In this document: positions 11,343 through 24,145 of the stretch, one piece after another
Layout of the letters: every line of letters starts with the position of its first letter
How positions within the stretch are numbered: the first letter of the stretch is position 1
Assembly: GCA_965645245.1 (NCBI GenBank)
Contig: OZ287072.1
Coordinates: 2,480,001-2,544,000, forward strand
Reading direction: 5' to 3'
DNA length: 64,000 nucleotides
Origin: Massalongia carnosa
Taxonomy: Eukaryota
Program-made: the position numbers and the translations under genes
Notes under the pieces: model-generated
Database searches by the model: none
The model's input: only the letters and a program-made list of their open reading frames with translations
Told to the model about the DNA's origin: nothing

Positions 11343-13732
11343 ATGGCTACTCCATCTACGACTAGTCTCGAGTACTCTGGGAATAGACCTGCTATGTCTG
11401 CAGGGCCCTTCGGGTTTGTGATGACCATGCCTCAGCCAGGGACTCCCGGGACCCCATTCTTTCAAGGTAAAAATGTGTCGGAGTTCTTGAGTAGGTATGA
11501 AGACATGTGCGAAGACTACCACGTCGGGAACAATGAAAAGATTCGTAGGTTACCCCGCTATTGTGACATGCTAATTGGACAGACGGTGGAGTCACTACCT
11601 GACTTTGTGGAAAGAAGATGGGCTCAGCTATGTAAGGTGATGAAGAAGGAGTATAATGCTGGTGATAGTATTCAGCAGGTGAATTCTCGAGCGTTTTTGG
11701 AGTCATACAAGGACAAGGAACGTACTAGTGAAGATGACGTGCGAAACTTTTGCCGAAAGTTCGGGCCATATCCAAAGTCCTAATTGGTCAGGAAAAGCTA
11801 GATATTTATACACGCAATCAGTGGTTCCTACAGGGCCTTCCCAAGGACGTACGCGAGGAGTTGTTCTTCCGCCGAGGTGTTGATTTTGACGATAATGTGA
11901 TGAAGGACTTTGATGGATTGGTGAAGAAGACATTGGGACTAGTGGAGGCGAGGCTCAAATATAAAGAGGTGATGCGGACTGAGAAGAGTGTTACTGACAA
12001 ATATAGTGCCCTAGCCGATCAATTTGATAGGAAGATAGTGCTGGATGGTCATGAAAATATCATGAATTCACTTACCCCACCAGTTGCAGACAGTTCGACC
12101 GTTAGCTTGTCGAAGTCCACGGAGAAGGCTATTGCCGGTTTAACCGAAAGGTTTGATGCGCTGGTCCTGATGGCGGGAACTCAGGCCCGTCCAGCCAATC
12201 AGAACAGTCAGCAGACTCGGAACCGTTCATAGTCACCTGGTAGATAGGCACCTTATGATGGCCAGAAACCGAATGACCGTCAGTATGGAGGGGAGGATTC
12301 CTGCACATACTGTGGAGAGAAGGAGACCCATGATAGGCGGAGGAACTGCCCGGAGTTTGATGCCGACCAGCGGAATGGTGTTATTCATCTGAATGAGCGA
12401 GGGTTGTTATGTCTAGGACCGATGGGCACATACTCCAATCCCATTCGGCATGTGCCCGGGGTGACACAGAAGGAGTCCATTAGGCGCGCAAAAATGCTGG
12501 CCAATCAATTCAGTCATGCGGACCAAAGTGCTAATGTCCACTCAGTTCGAATTGGCGAGGATAGCGCGGACGAATATTCATCTGATGAAGAATGGGACCC
12601 TGAGGTGACCATCATCGACACCACCTCTGTCAATTCAGCTAGAACGGAACAACAGAAGCCTGTCGAGGAGAGCTGGAGGGAGCCAGCTAAGCGAATTCTG
12701 AAACGCAGGGCTGAACGCGAGGACAAGTTCGCAGTACCGAAAGCACCCAGATATGGCAGTTGGAACCCGGTTCCTGCCTCGGTAGAACGTCGGAGTGACA
12801 ACTCTGACCAATCAAGACCACCTAGCTCAATTGTAACTGATAAATCTCATGCGACTGAACCTCGTGTTACATTCGCCGACCCTTTGGAAGAAGATGTGAC
12901 CATGACGGAGGCGGGCCCAGCTAGCCGCCTCCGCAGCAGCAGCGGCGGCGGCAAAGGAAAGAAACATGGGGTCGGGGTTCCGACAGGCCCCATCCGAAAG
13001 GAGGTTCGGTCTGCGATAGAACAGATGGGCACCGAAGAGTTTCTACGGATCGCGAAACATGAGTTCAACATGGACCTAATACAGAGTCATTGTTTGCAAA
13101 TACCTTTGCCTGGTGCTGGAGGACTGACCTATGGAAATCTGATGGCCATGATGCCTATGTTTAAACCGGTGGTCAATAAGATGACACGGAATGCCGAACC
13201 GGAAAAGGCAGAGGGTCCAACGGTAAAAATTGGTTCAATTGGCATTCGGGACCCGCGACTTCGCAGGGCCTACACGAGGTCGACACCAAAGGCCAAAGTG
13301 CAGATCGGCGATAGTTACAGGTATAAGTCTCTCCTAGACTCCGGCGCTGAAGTGAATGTGATGACGTACAACGTGGCCAAGCGTGAAGGCCTAGCTATGC
13401 GACCCTATCCCAATATCAATCTTATTTCTCATACTGGAGACCGGAAAGAATTCCTAGGTGTATGTGAGGACGTTGAGGTTAATATTGGCGGAATAGTGTC
13501 GCTCAATCACATATTTGTCATCGACGCTGCGGATCATCAATTAGTGTTGGGCCAACCTTACCTTCATCAGATGCGTGTCGATATGGATTATCAGAATAAC
13601 GAGGTGGAATGTACTATACATGCGGAGGAGGGAAACCGAGCTGCCAAATTCACCGCAACTTCTGACTCAACTAGTAAAAATCGTACTGCAGAGGATCTGT
13701 TTCCGGAGGGCCGAGAGGAGAATTTAAACTGA
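11343..13732 (+). pseudogene. Gypsy gag-protease (frameshift and stops)
   Basis: PFFQGKNVSEFL capsid-like start, CTYC..H....C knuckle near 12300, protease LLDSGAEVN. Pieces 11343-11783, 11750-12232 and 12404-13732. Confidence 0.85.
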
Positions 13733-13776
13733 CCAACCACCATGTGCAGAACAGGTCCATGGTTGGTAGTGGTGGT
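13723..13776 (+). promoter_or_regulatory. Putative -1 programmed ribosomal frameshift signal
   Basis: T TTA AAC heptamer just before the gag-PR stop; the -1 frame is the pol frame (13744 ORF). Downstream ACCAACCA/TGGTTGGT stem. Confidence 0.75.
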
Positions 13777-14560
13777 AAAAACCTGGAGAGAGCGAAAGTA
13801 TCGAGTGTTAGGGTGGGACTTCCGGAAAGTGGTTCTTCCGTTCCATTTAACAGGCCCGGCCTGTTAAATCAAATAGCCCTAACTCCTACAGCGACTAGTG
13901 CGGAAGAGGCAGCGATGGACCACTATATGCGCGCCTTAACACCGTCGCGTTCAATTGGCTCGGTCGGACTTTCCTCTCTAAGGTTCTCTCGAAAATTCGA
14001 CATATATACAATCAATCAAAACAGAGTGTTCGGCAAGCGGAGTACGGTGAGAGTTAACACGGCGTATAAGCGGAAAGCGGTAAAAGTTCGACCAGTGAAT
14101 TCTGACCAGTCGGATGGCACCATACCTGGTGGAATGGCAGATTGGAAAGCGAAGGCGCTAGAGAAAGAGAGAGGTCTACCAAAGTCAGAAAAGTTTCCTG
14201 ATTGGCTGATTCCAAAGTTCTCGACAATATTCAAAGGTTCACGATTGACACCGGAACGGCTGCAGCGAATGACAGTGGGCGACAGTATGACGTCTGCTGA
14301 GAAAGAAGTGTTGACCCAGATGTTATACAACCGAGAAGCAGCGCTGTCATGGGAGTTTTCCGAGATGGGCAGAGTCAAACCTGAGGTGTCTCCACCATGT
14401 AAAATCAACACCATTCCACACGAGGCATGGCAGACCCCATCATTCCCATTGCCAAGGGCCCTGGTACCGATGGTGATAGAGATGCTGAAGGACCGACTGC
14501 AGCGAGTAACGTTGGAACCTTGTCATGGTCCCTATCGAAACCCATGGTTCATAGTGAAGA
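13723..14560 (+). pseudogene. Gypsy pol part 1 (RT N-terminus), interrupted by a Copia
   Basis: Ends ...PCHGPYRNPWFIVK at the Copia LTR and continues KKKEKNKYRLI at 22812. Confidence 0.85.
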
Positions 14561-14660
14561 TGTTGAATGTTCAACTTCTACCAGCACAACAGATTAGATT
14601 AGATCAGTTCCAGTCTAACCGTATCGGTTACTTAAGACCTTTAACCGTGTCTTAAGCAAC

Positions 14661-16008
14661 CACGCGGGGCCAAAAAAAGTTCCCACACCAAAATTTCACC
14701 CACCCTAAAAATCCTTCTTTACCCAACTCCCTCATCATGAATAATCACTATTATACACGACTATATGCAACAAAATCGCTCAATGTCCTGTCATTTTACC
14801 CTCTCTATCTAGCACATCATGCATGCGTTGTGGCATTTGCTCTACTAACGAATTGATCCATTCCTAGGGAACGTGATCCCTCTACCCTGTACGAATTGCA
14901 TCTAAAGTGGTCTCATCGTCCCAATGATCCGATTTTGATAACCACTGCTTGACGGGCTGCCAGCAGTTTTCAATGATGGACAAATCGGGAGCTTTTGGGG
15001 CGTTGAAGTAGTACTTTAACCCGTTTTCTTCCTTTCATTTCCGTACGATGTTGTTATTGTTGGCTGAACCATGCCCCGAATCACCATCTTCCTCCAAAAC
15101 AAATCGTTCACTCACCTCGAGACACAGCTTTACAATAGGCTCCAAAATGGAGTCTATATAAACTCTTTGACTCATCTTTCCATTGGTGTTTCCAGGAACC
15201 TCGTAAAAAATCAGATCTGATTTGTAATTCCATCCCACCCACGCCCAGCAATGAAAACGCTTTTGTACTCTTTCTTCGGGCTCTTTCCCCTCCTGCATGC
15301 AGTCAAAACAATCTCTTTGACCCGGTCGACGTATAATGCGCAATCGGCGTTGAGGACCAAGCCCGAAATGAACTTCATCGCTGAAACGAACCAACTTCCA
15401 GTCCTCCAATGTCCAAGTGGTGATTTTATCTCGTGCAAAAGTACGTCTTAAAGCACGAAGATGAGGAGCAATCTAGGTCCTCGTACAAGCGATGCATTTG
15501 TGATATTCCAAGTCCTGCATAGTATTTCTGATGGTATGCCAATGCACTCGATTACTGCCCACGAGGCCTACTTCTTTGGCCAGTTGATGCCAGGACATAG
15601 CTCGAGCTTGAATAACCTCCATTTTCAATTATTTCCTCCAGTCTCTTGAGAGTCTCCCAATCAATCGCTTTTTTCTACCTCGAGTCTCTGGCCAGACCGA
15701 GTTGTGATGAAATCGACGGGATGATTCGCCCCAAAGCATGGCATCACCGCTCATTCGTTCCACGCCGAAATGACGAAAAACGTCTTCTTTAAATAGAGAA
15801 TTTTATGAGCATCATTAAATTCAACAACAGCTTGAACTTTAGCTTTTATGGGCGTAGAATACTCCTGATTACAGTTATGATCATCAAAATCAGGTGTACT
15901 AGAACGATTAATTGATGATTGATTATTCATAATGAGGGAGTTGGGTAAAAGAAGGATTTTTAGGGTGGGTGAAATTTTTGGTGTGGGAACTTTTTTTGGC
16001 CCCGCGTG
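14661..16008 (-). mobile_element. Tc1/IS630-like DNA transposon in the Copia 5' LTR (defective)
   Basis: ~85-bp TIRs starting CACGCGGGGCC, flanked by GCAAC on both sides. DDE fragments (FSDEVHF, EEDGDSGHG) on the minus strand. Confidence 0.92.
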
Positions 16009-16335
16009 GCAACCTAGGCTCGGATAAACTATTATCACTTCGCTTAATAGAGGGTGACCACTTAAAAGGAGAAGACTGCTTCCTAGCAACTCCTCATCTT
16101 ATACATTAGGATCATACACATTGTCATTTATTACATAGCCATATAGTCATAGTCATATACCTATTCAACAGGTTATGAGTCCGGAAGGGCGCTATCGATC
16201 ACACAGGAATCGAAGCAGACCTATCCGCTGCATTCAATGCTAAAACAGCTAAGCATCGATCTCTCTCGTCAAAAGTTCTATGAACGAGACATACTAAATC
16301 TTCATGTGCACGAGAGACAGAGACGATTGCCCACA

Positions 16336-16653
16336 GTGCCCATAGGCAAACTACAAAGTCCTACTAGCCTACGTGCCCCATAGGCAAACTACAAAGTCCT
16401 GCTGGCCTACGTGCCCCATAAGCAAACTACAAAGTCCTACTAGCCTACGTGCCCCATAGGCAAACTACAAAGTCCTGCTGGCCTACGTGCCCCATAGGCA
16501 AACTACAAAGTCCTACTAGCCTACGTGCCCCATAGGCAAACTACAAAGTCCTGCTGGCCTACGTGCCCCATAGGCAAACTACAAAGTCCTGCTAGCCTAC
16601 GTTCCCCATAGGCAAACTACAAAGTCCTGCTGGCCTACGTGCCCCATAGGCAA
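16336..16653 (+). repeat. 38-bp tandem array (8 units plus a partial) in the Copia leader
   Basis: Unit GTGCCCCATAGGCAAACTACAAAGTCCT(A/G)CT(A/G)GCCTAC starting at 16336, 16373, 16411, 16449, 16487, 16525, 16563, 16601 and 16639. Confidence 0.95.
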
Positions 16654-16749
16654 AATACTCAAAAGACCTATTGCCAGATTACATGCATCAGAGGCACTCT
16701 TCAAAGACCTTGAACACTCGACAGGCTTCTTGCCCGAAGGTTCTAAGAC

Positions 16750-17350
16750 AATCCAGATGATGACGTTGACCCAGAGGCAGATTTCAGTCTGACTTTTGCT
16801 GCATCACCATCCAGATGATGACGTTGACCCAGAGGCAGATTTCAGTCTGACTTTTGTTGCATCACCATCCACCTTACTTTGACCCAGAAGCAGATTTCAG
16901 TCTGACTTTTGCTGCATCACCATCCACCTTACTTTGACCCAGGAGCAGATTTCAGTCTGACTTTTGCTGCATCACCATCTACCTTACTTTGACCCAGAAG
17001 CTGAGCTCAGTCTGACTTTTGTTGCATCACCACTCAACTTACTTTGACCCAAGAACAGATCACTTCTAAACTCAAATTCTAACTGCATCATCATTTGATT
17101 GACGTTGACCCAGAGGCAGATCTCAGTCTGACTTTTGTTGCATCACCACTCAACTTACTTGACCCAAGAACAGATCACTTCAAAACTCTGATTCTTGCTG
17201 CACCATCATTTGACTGACGTTGACCCAGAGGCAGATCTCAGTCTAACTTCTGTTGCATCACCACTCAACTAACTTTGACCCAGAGGCAGACCATCTGAAC
17301 TATCTTTTAAGGTCTGATTTCTGCTGTATCACCTATCTTGACCCAGAGAC
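16750..17350 (+). repeat. ~55-61-bp degenerate tandem array (~11 units) in the Copia leader
   Basis: Recurrent TGACCCAGAGGCAGATTTCAGTCTGACTTTTGCTGCATCACC. Confidence 0.9.
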
Positions 17351-17755
17351 AGGCCTCGGAAATTTCAGTTCCAAGAAGTAATCAGACTTTCAATATGCAG
17401 AACGCCTCAAAATTCTCGGTATTGGTAGTTACAGACCTCGAAAAACCTTATTCCATTTAACAGGCCCGGCCTGTTAAATAGATCGGTATAGCCATGGTTC
17501 AGAACGCCCCTATCTTCACACCACCAAGTGAAAATTCCACCACTGAGTGAAAGTCTTTCATGAGGGTAAAAGCGTTGTGGCAAATAAGGAACAACACAGT
17601 TTGATGTCGCAGAGAGGGATCGTTTGTCTATATAATGACCACGTATCCCCATCTTCCCCATTCATTCCAGTGTACATCCTACTTCCGTGTTTACCTCAGA
17701 AACTTAGATATTTATAAAAAAATCACAGAAGTTTACTTAGACACCTCTTTTCATC

Positions 17756-20700
17756 ATGTCTCTCCCAGATGGCATCAGTTCCACAGAGAAGTCCTATCTT
17801 CTAGAGAAGGCAGAACACTATTCGGCATGGGGCTAGCTACACCAGAGGAGTTCTGCTGAAGAACAACTGCGATACAGCCATATTGGAGACCCAACCAGAT
17901 ATTACACTTGATTCCATCCGACAGAGCCTCATCGACTAAGGCTTCACTCAAGCCAGTCTTACTACCAGCATCCTTGTCAAAGAACTTCGGGATGACATGA
18001 ACAGACAGAAGACTGCGATGACCAAGGCTATTGGAATCATACACGGACTGGTTGCGCCATGCCATTTCAACCTCATCAACAACAAAATTGCTACCGAGAT
18101 GTGGGCAACCCTGAAGACTAGATTCCAGGACGTAGCACCAATGAGCATCACGGATGTCATCTTGAGGGTCAGTGCAAAAAGGATGAGAGATTTTGAAACC
18201 GTAGGTCAATACTGTGCAGAGTATGACGGTGCTTTCAATCAGATCAAGGGCATGTTGGTCGACGGAGCCAAGGTGAACATAGCCTCCATAGAGTTTGTGC
18301 TACAAGGCATGCTACTTGGTAACACTACAGACAAGTATGATCCACTCATTGCACAACTCCGCAGGGACTGGACACATGACACCACAAGTCTCTCAGAAAC
18401 CACAAAGACCCTCATTGCATATGCAGGCAACAACACAGACGTCAAGGCCCTTCACACTATCACTAGCACTTCATCCAACAGAGGCAGAGCACCTATAGGA
18501 AGTTGTACTGTTCCAGAGTGCGTAGCAACGAATAGGACTCGCCACTGGCCAAATGAGTGCTTTCAGAAGTTTCCTCATCTGAAGAGAGCGAGAGACGTAG
18601 CTGATTCAGGGAGGGCCAAAAGTGCCAAGTCCTCCAAGCCAGAAACAACGGCTGTTTCAGAATCCTCGGCCACAGAACCCCCTACACTGAACAGTTGACT
18701 CACACTGGTCACGACCACAGTACTACAGAAGGTCATGGCCATGACAAACTCAGACCGAGACACCTGGCTCCTTGACAGCGCTGCAGACATGCACGTATGT
18801 AATCACAGATCATCTTTTATTGATTACGTAGTACGACCAACAGGTCTGGCGGGATTTACTTCGGAAGGAATGTCTCCAGGGAGGGGAGTTATCGAGAGAA
18901 CGTTGGCACTACAGGACGACTCACCCTCGTCAGTGTTAATCTTACACAACGTACTGCTCATTCCACAGTGTCCAGTGAACTTTATCAGCCTGGCACTACT
19001 CAATCGTCATGACATCTACTATGACAATCTGAACTGGACCCTATTCCTCCAATCCAGTGGAAGGGTCATAGGGTATGTCCCAAGAGTCAACACCAACTTC
19101 ATAGTAAAGATCTTGGATACTCCAGAAGTGGCTGTACGTCTCACAGATAGACGATCAAACTTTTCAATGGCCCAAGACCGCTGTTTATCATACATCTAAC
19201 AGAGCGGACTTGACAACATGACATGCACGTCTTGGTCATCTGAACATAACTGCTTGTCGCACTTATCTAAAGCGACTCGATGTACCTTACTCGGACAATG
19301 TCAGCAAGGATTGGTACTGTCCATCCTGTGAACTCGGAAAGGCTACAAAGATATACAACAGAACATCTCAGGAGAGAGCTACAGGCATCTTTCAAAAGGT
19401 TCATTCAGACCTGGTCGGACCCATCAAACCGGCGGGACTTCTCGAGGAAATCTACTTCTTCACCTTCACCTGTGACGCCAGCAGATACACACATGGCCAG
19501 CAGATACACACATGTGTATACCGTCATCAAGAAGAGCGAGTGGTTCGATCATCTGTCAACATATTACAGCCTGGCTCAGAACAAGACAGGAAAGAGCAAA
19601 CCAATGGGCGTCTTTCGCACCGACTATAGCACCGAACTCCGAAGTCTGAAATCGGACGACTGGTTTTTGAAGGAAGGGATAACGTTTGAACCCTCCGCAC
19701 CACATTCACAGGAACAGAACGGAGTGTCCGAAAGAACAGGCAGGACCATCATGGACATGACCAGGTGTACCATCATCGAAGGATTCCGGACTATTTATGG
19801 ACAGAGGTAGTTCTAGCTATGGTTCATACCAAGAACGTCAGACCTACAAACGCTTTATCTGGAAAGAGCCCCTTTGAAATTATGAGTCTAAGCCACTTTT
19901 TTAAACCATCTGAGAGTTTTGGGATCTACTGTATATGTTCTCGTTCATAGAGAAGAACGAGTAGGAGCAAATAGCAAATCGGTCAAATTCTAACCTCGGG
20001 CCCAGCGTGGCATTCTATGTGGATATGACGGATGCACTACTTATCGGGTTTTCTTGGAAAAGGACTGTAGGGTCATCAGGGTCAAAGATCTGCGCATTCA
20101 TGAGGTCGCCATCTCCAAATACCAGACCGACGTTCCTACGTATGATGCCATCATGGCACCCGATACAAACATCCTATCAGAACCAGTTGTCATTTCACCT
20201 CCCACTTCAACTCCTAAACGTGGACGAGGTAGACCCAGAAAACATATTCATGTGAAGCACATATTGTCTCTGTTCTCCGACAAAGCTTTATTTGAACCAG
20301 ACCATGTTCATACATCTGAAGACAGACATGCAGAGGACTCACTTGTTCTATTAGCCAGAACCCCTATGAAAGAAGGCAGTCTATTCAGAAATGAATCTCA
20401 GGCCTCAAGAATCAGACATTAAGCAATATCAAGCCATAGTAGGGTCCATCATATTTGCCATGATAGAGACACGGCCAGATATAGCCTTTGCAACCTCAGT
20501 GGTTAGCCGACATGCCAAAAACCCAGGCAAAACACATATGGAAGCAGCCAAACACATACTCCAATACCTCAGTGCCACCAAAGACAGAGGTATCACCTTT
20601 GGTGGGGGAGATATGTCTGTACAGGGCTATTCCGACTCTGACTGGGCCGGAGACAGGGAAGACCGCAAGTCCACCTCCGGATATGTCTTTATGTTAAACA

Positions 20701-21190
20701 ACGGACCAATCAGTTGGTGTTCCAGAAGACAACAAACCGTCGCACTCTCATCCACAGAAGCAGAATATATGGCACTCACCTTGGCTGCTAAGGAGACCAT
20801 ATGGATACGCTTATTGATGACTGAGCTCGGCCTGATGCAGGATGATGCTTCTCCGACAGTGAATGTACTTGAAAGGGAAGGCGCTATAGCACTGAAGGGT
20901 GATAATTAGATTGCTATAGCACTGGCCAACAATCCCGTCTTACATTCAAGGACTAAGCACATCGATATTTAGCAAACCACTTCATTCGAAATGAAGTCAC
21001 AGAGGGCCGGATAGACCTTACATATGTCCCAACTGAACACATGGTAGCGGACGGGCTGACAAAGCCGCTTACCCACGTCAAGTTCTTCTCTTTTATCAGA
21101 CAACTACATATGGACTCGGCTACTGAGCTCGATAGTCATCACGCAACAGATTCGACCACCTACAGACCTCATCTGACGGACAAGTACTGA
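17756..21190 (+). pseudogene. Copia gag-pol relic
   Basis: Gag with a C..C...H....C knuckle, PR WLLDSAA, IN (RTD..E, QNGVSER), AT-hook, then only the RT C-terminus (YQAIVGS) and RH (YSDSDWAG, SSTEAEY). Many stops and frameshifts. Confidence 0.88.
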
Positions 21191-21307
21191 TAGAACTTGA
21201 GGGAGGGTGTTGAATGTTCAACTTCTACTAGCACAACAGATTAGATTAGATCAGTTCCAGTCTAACCGTATCGGTTACTTAAGACCTTTAACCGTGTCTT
21301 AAGCAAC

Positions 21308-22656
21308 CACGCGGGGCCAAAAAAAGTTCCCACACCAAAAATTTCACCCACCCTAAAAATCCTTCTTTTACCCAACTCCCTCATTATGAATAATCAATCA
21401 TCAATTAATCGTTCTAGTACACCTGATTTTGATGATCATAACTGTAATCAGGAGTATTCTACGCCCATAAAAGCTAAAGTTCAAGCTGTTGTTGAATTTA
21501 ATGATGCTCATAAAATTCTCTATTTTAAAGAAGACGTTTTTCGTCATTTCGGCGTGGAACGAACGAGCGGTTATGCCATGCTTCGGGGCGAATCATCTCG
21601 TCGATTTCATCACAACTCGGTCTGGCCAGAGACTCGAGGTAGAAAAAAAGCGATTGATTGGGAGACTCTCAAGAGACTGGAGGAAATAATTGAAAATGGA
21701 GGTATTCAAGCTCGAGCTATGTCCTGGCATCAACTGGCCAAAGAAGTAGGCCTCGTGGGCAGTAATCGAGTGCATTGGCACACCATCAGAAATACTATGC
21801 AGGACTTGGAATATCACAAATGCATCGCTTGTACGAGGACCTAGATTGCTCCTCATCTTCGTGCTTTAAGACGTACTTTTGCACGAGATAAAATCACCAC
21901 TTGGACATTGGAGGACTGGAAGTTGGTTCGTTTCAGCGATGAAGTTCATTTCGGGCTTGGTCCTCAACGCCGATTGCGCATTATACGTCGACCGGGTCAA
22001 AGATATTGTTTTGACTGCATGCAGGAGGGGAAAGAGCCCGAAGAAAGAGTACAAAAGCGTTTTCATTGCTGGGCGTGGGTGGGATGGAATTACAAATCAG
22101 ATCTGATTTTTTACGAGGTTCCTGGAAACACCAATGGAAAGATGAGTCAAAGAGTCTATATAGACTCCATTTTGGAGCCTATTGTAAAGCCGTGTCTCGA
22201 GATGAGTGAACGATTTGTTTTGGAGGAAGATGGTGATTCGGGGCATGGTTCAGCCAACAATAACAACATCGTACGGAAATGGAAGGAAGAAAACGGGTTA
22301 AAGTACTACTTCAACGCCCCAAAATCTCCCGATTTGTCCATTATTGAAAACTGCTGGCAGCCCGTCAAGCAGTGGTTATCAAAATCGGATCATTGGGACG
22401 ATGAGACCACTTTAGATGCAATTCGTACAGGGTGGAGGGATCACGTTCCCCAGGAATGGATCAATTCGTTAGTAGAACAAATGCCACAACGCATGCATGA
22501 TGTGCTAGATAGAGAGGGTAAAATACAGGACATTGAGCGATTTTTGTTGCATATAGTCGTGTATAATAGTGATTATTCATGATGAGGGAGTTGGGTAAAG
22601 AAGGATTTTTAGGGTGGGTGAAATTTTGGTGTGGGAACTTTTTTTGGCCCCGCGTG
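21308..22656 (+). mobile_element. Tc1/IS630-like DNA transposon in the Copia 3' LTR (defective, DD38E)
   Basis: Same element as 14661-16008 in the opposite orientation, flanked by GCAAC/GCAAC. ORF 21386-21844 ends in TAG and continues to ~22540 with SDE, EEDGDSGHG and SPDLSIIEN. Confidence 0.93.
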
Positions 22657-22816
22657 GCAACCTAGGCTCGGATAAACTATTATCACTTCGCTTAATAGAG
22701 GGTGACCACTTAAAAGGAGCTTCCTAGCAACTCCTCATCTTATACATTAGGATCATACACATTGTCATTTATTACATAGCCATATAATCATAGTCATATA
22801 CCTATTCAACAGAAGA

Positions 22817-24145
22817 AGAAAGAGAAAAATAAGTACCGATTAATTAATGCGGCCCTAGACATGAACAAAGTGACCATCCGAGACGCAAATCTGCCACCTT
22901 CGGTAGACGAATTCTTAGAGGACTTTGCTGGCTGCCACATCGCTTCCTTGATCGACTTTTTTTCAGGATATGACCAAATGAACTCGATGTTCATAGTCGA
23001 GACATGACCGCCTTCATGACACCAATAGGACTATTGCGAATGACATCTATACCAATGGGAGCTACCAATTCGGTTGCACAGTTCGTACGGGTAGTGACAA
23101 AGATACTGCAGGACCACATTCCGAATCGTGCTAAACCTTTCCTTGATGACATCGGAGTGAAGGGGCCGAAGACTGACTATGGTGGTGAAGAAGTGGCACC
23201 AGGCATCAGAAAGTACGTGCTTGAACATCTCATGTGGCTAGATGGGGTACTCGCGGACATAGAAAGGGCTGGATGCACTATCTCCGGAGAAAAAGTCGCA
23301 ATTTTGCATGGCCGGTCTGAAGATAGTAGGATTTGTGACCGACTCCGATGGTAGACATCCGGACACCGCTAAGGTCATCAAAATTCTAGAGTGGCCGATA
23401 TGCACCGACGCTTCTTCCGCTCGTGCTTTTATAGGTGTGTGTGTGTACTATCGCATATGGATATTGGACTTTGCCATTGTTGCTGAACCAATATATCGTC
23501 TGCTGAAGAAAGATGCTGCTTTTGTATGGGGCATGGAACAAACCGAGGCAATGGACTTGCTGAAGATAGCTCTGACATCTCCGCCAGCACTAAAGACCAT
23601 TGACTATAGCGAGCTAGCTGGACTTATCATATTGGCTGTGGGTGCGAGTTTGAAAGGATGGGGCGCTGTACTGATGCAAATCTTTGATGGCAAGCGTCAC
23701 CCCATTCGGTACGAAAGCGGAGTATGGAGCGAGGTGGAACAGCGATATGATGCAACCAAGCGAGAGTGTCGAGGCGTTCTAAAGGCATTGAAAAAGACAA
23801 GGCACTGGCTATATGGAGTTCACTTTGTGTTGGAGACAGACGCCAACGTCCTAGTGGCGCAATTGAATGGAGCTTGTACCGATTTGCCTGGTACTCTGAT
23901 AGTCCGATGGATAGCATGGATACGACTGTTTGACTTCGAGGTCAAACATGTTGCTGGCCGAAAACATACGGCAGCAGATAGACTGTCTAGACGACCTCAT
24001 ACTGAGGAAGAAATTCGGGCCGAACAGCAGGAGCAAGACATAGACAACTTCATACATGCCGAACTGAATTCACTAAGGGCCTGTCCAATTTCCGTTAACT
24101 CCGCAGACGAGGTGCCAGACGAAAAGGTGCTAAAGGCCGGATATA
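22817..24145 (+). pseudogene. Gypsy pol part 2 (RT-RNase H)
   Basis: IDFFSGYDQ, PMGATNS, FLDD, GWGAVL, ETDA, ADRLSR. Confidence 0.9.

Larger units (their letters stand above)
14561..22811 (+). mobile_element. Ty1/Copia LTR retrotransposon, degenerate, RT core deleted
   Basis: LTRs 14561-16170 and 21208-22811 (TGTTGA..TTCAACA), TSD GAAGA (14556-14560 and 22812-22816), PBS GGTTATGAGTCC, PPT GAGGGAGGG. Confidence 0.93.

Noticed and set aside
16336..17350. CRISPR-like arrays
   Set aside because: Head-to-tail units with no unique spacers, no cas genes, and located inside a eukaryotic retrotransposon leader.
18696..18734. TGA read-through between Copia gag and PR
   Set aside because: The stop is in frame, but the element has many other stops, so it cannot be distinguished from decay.
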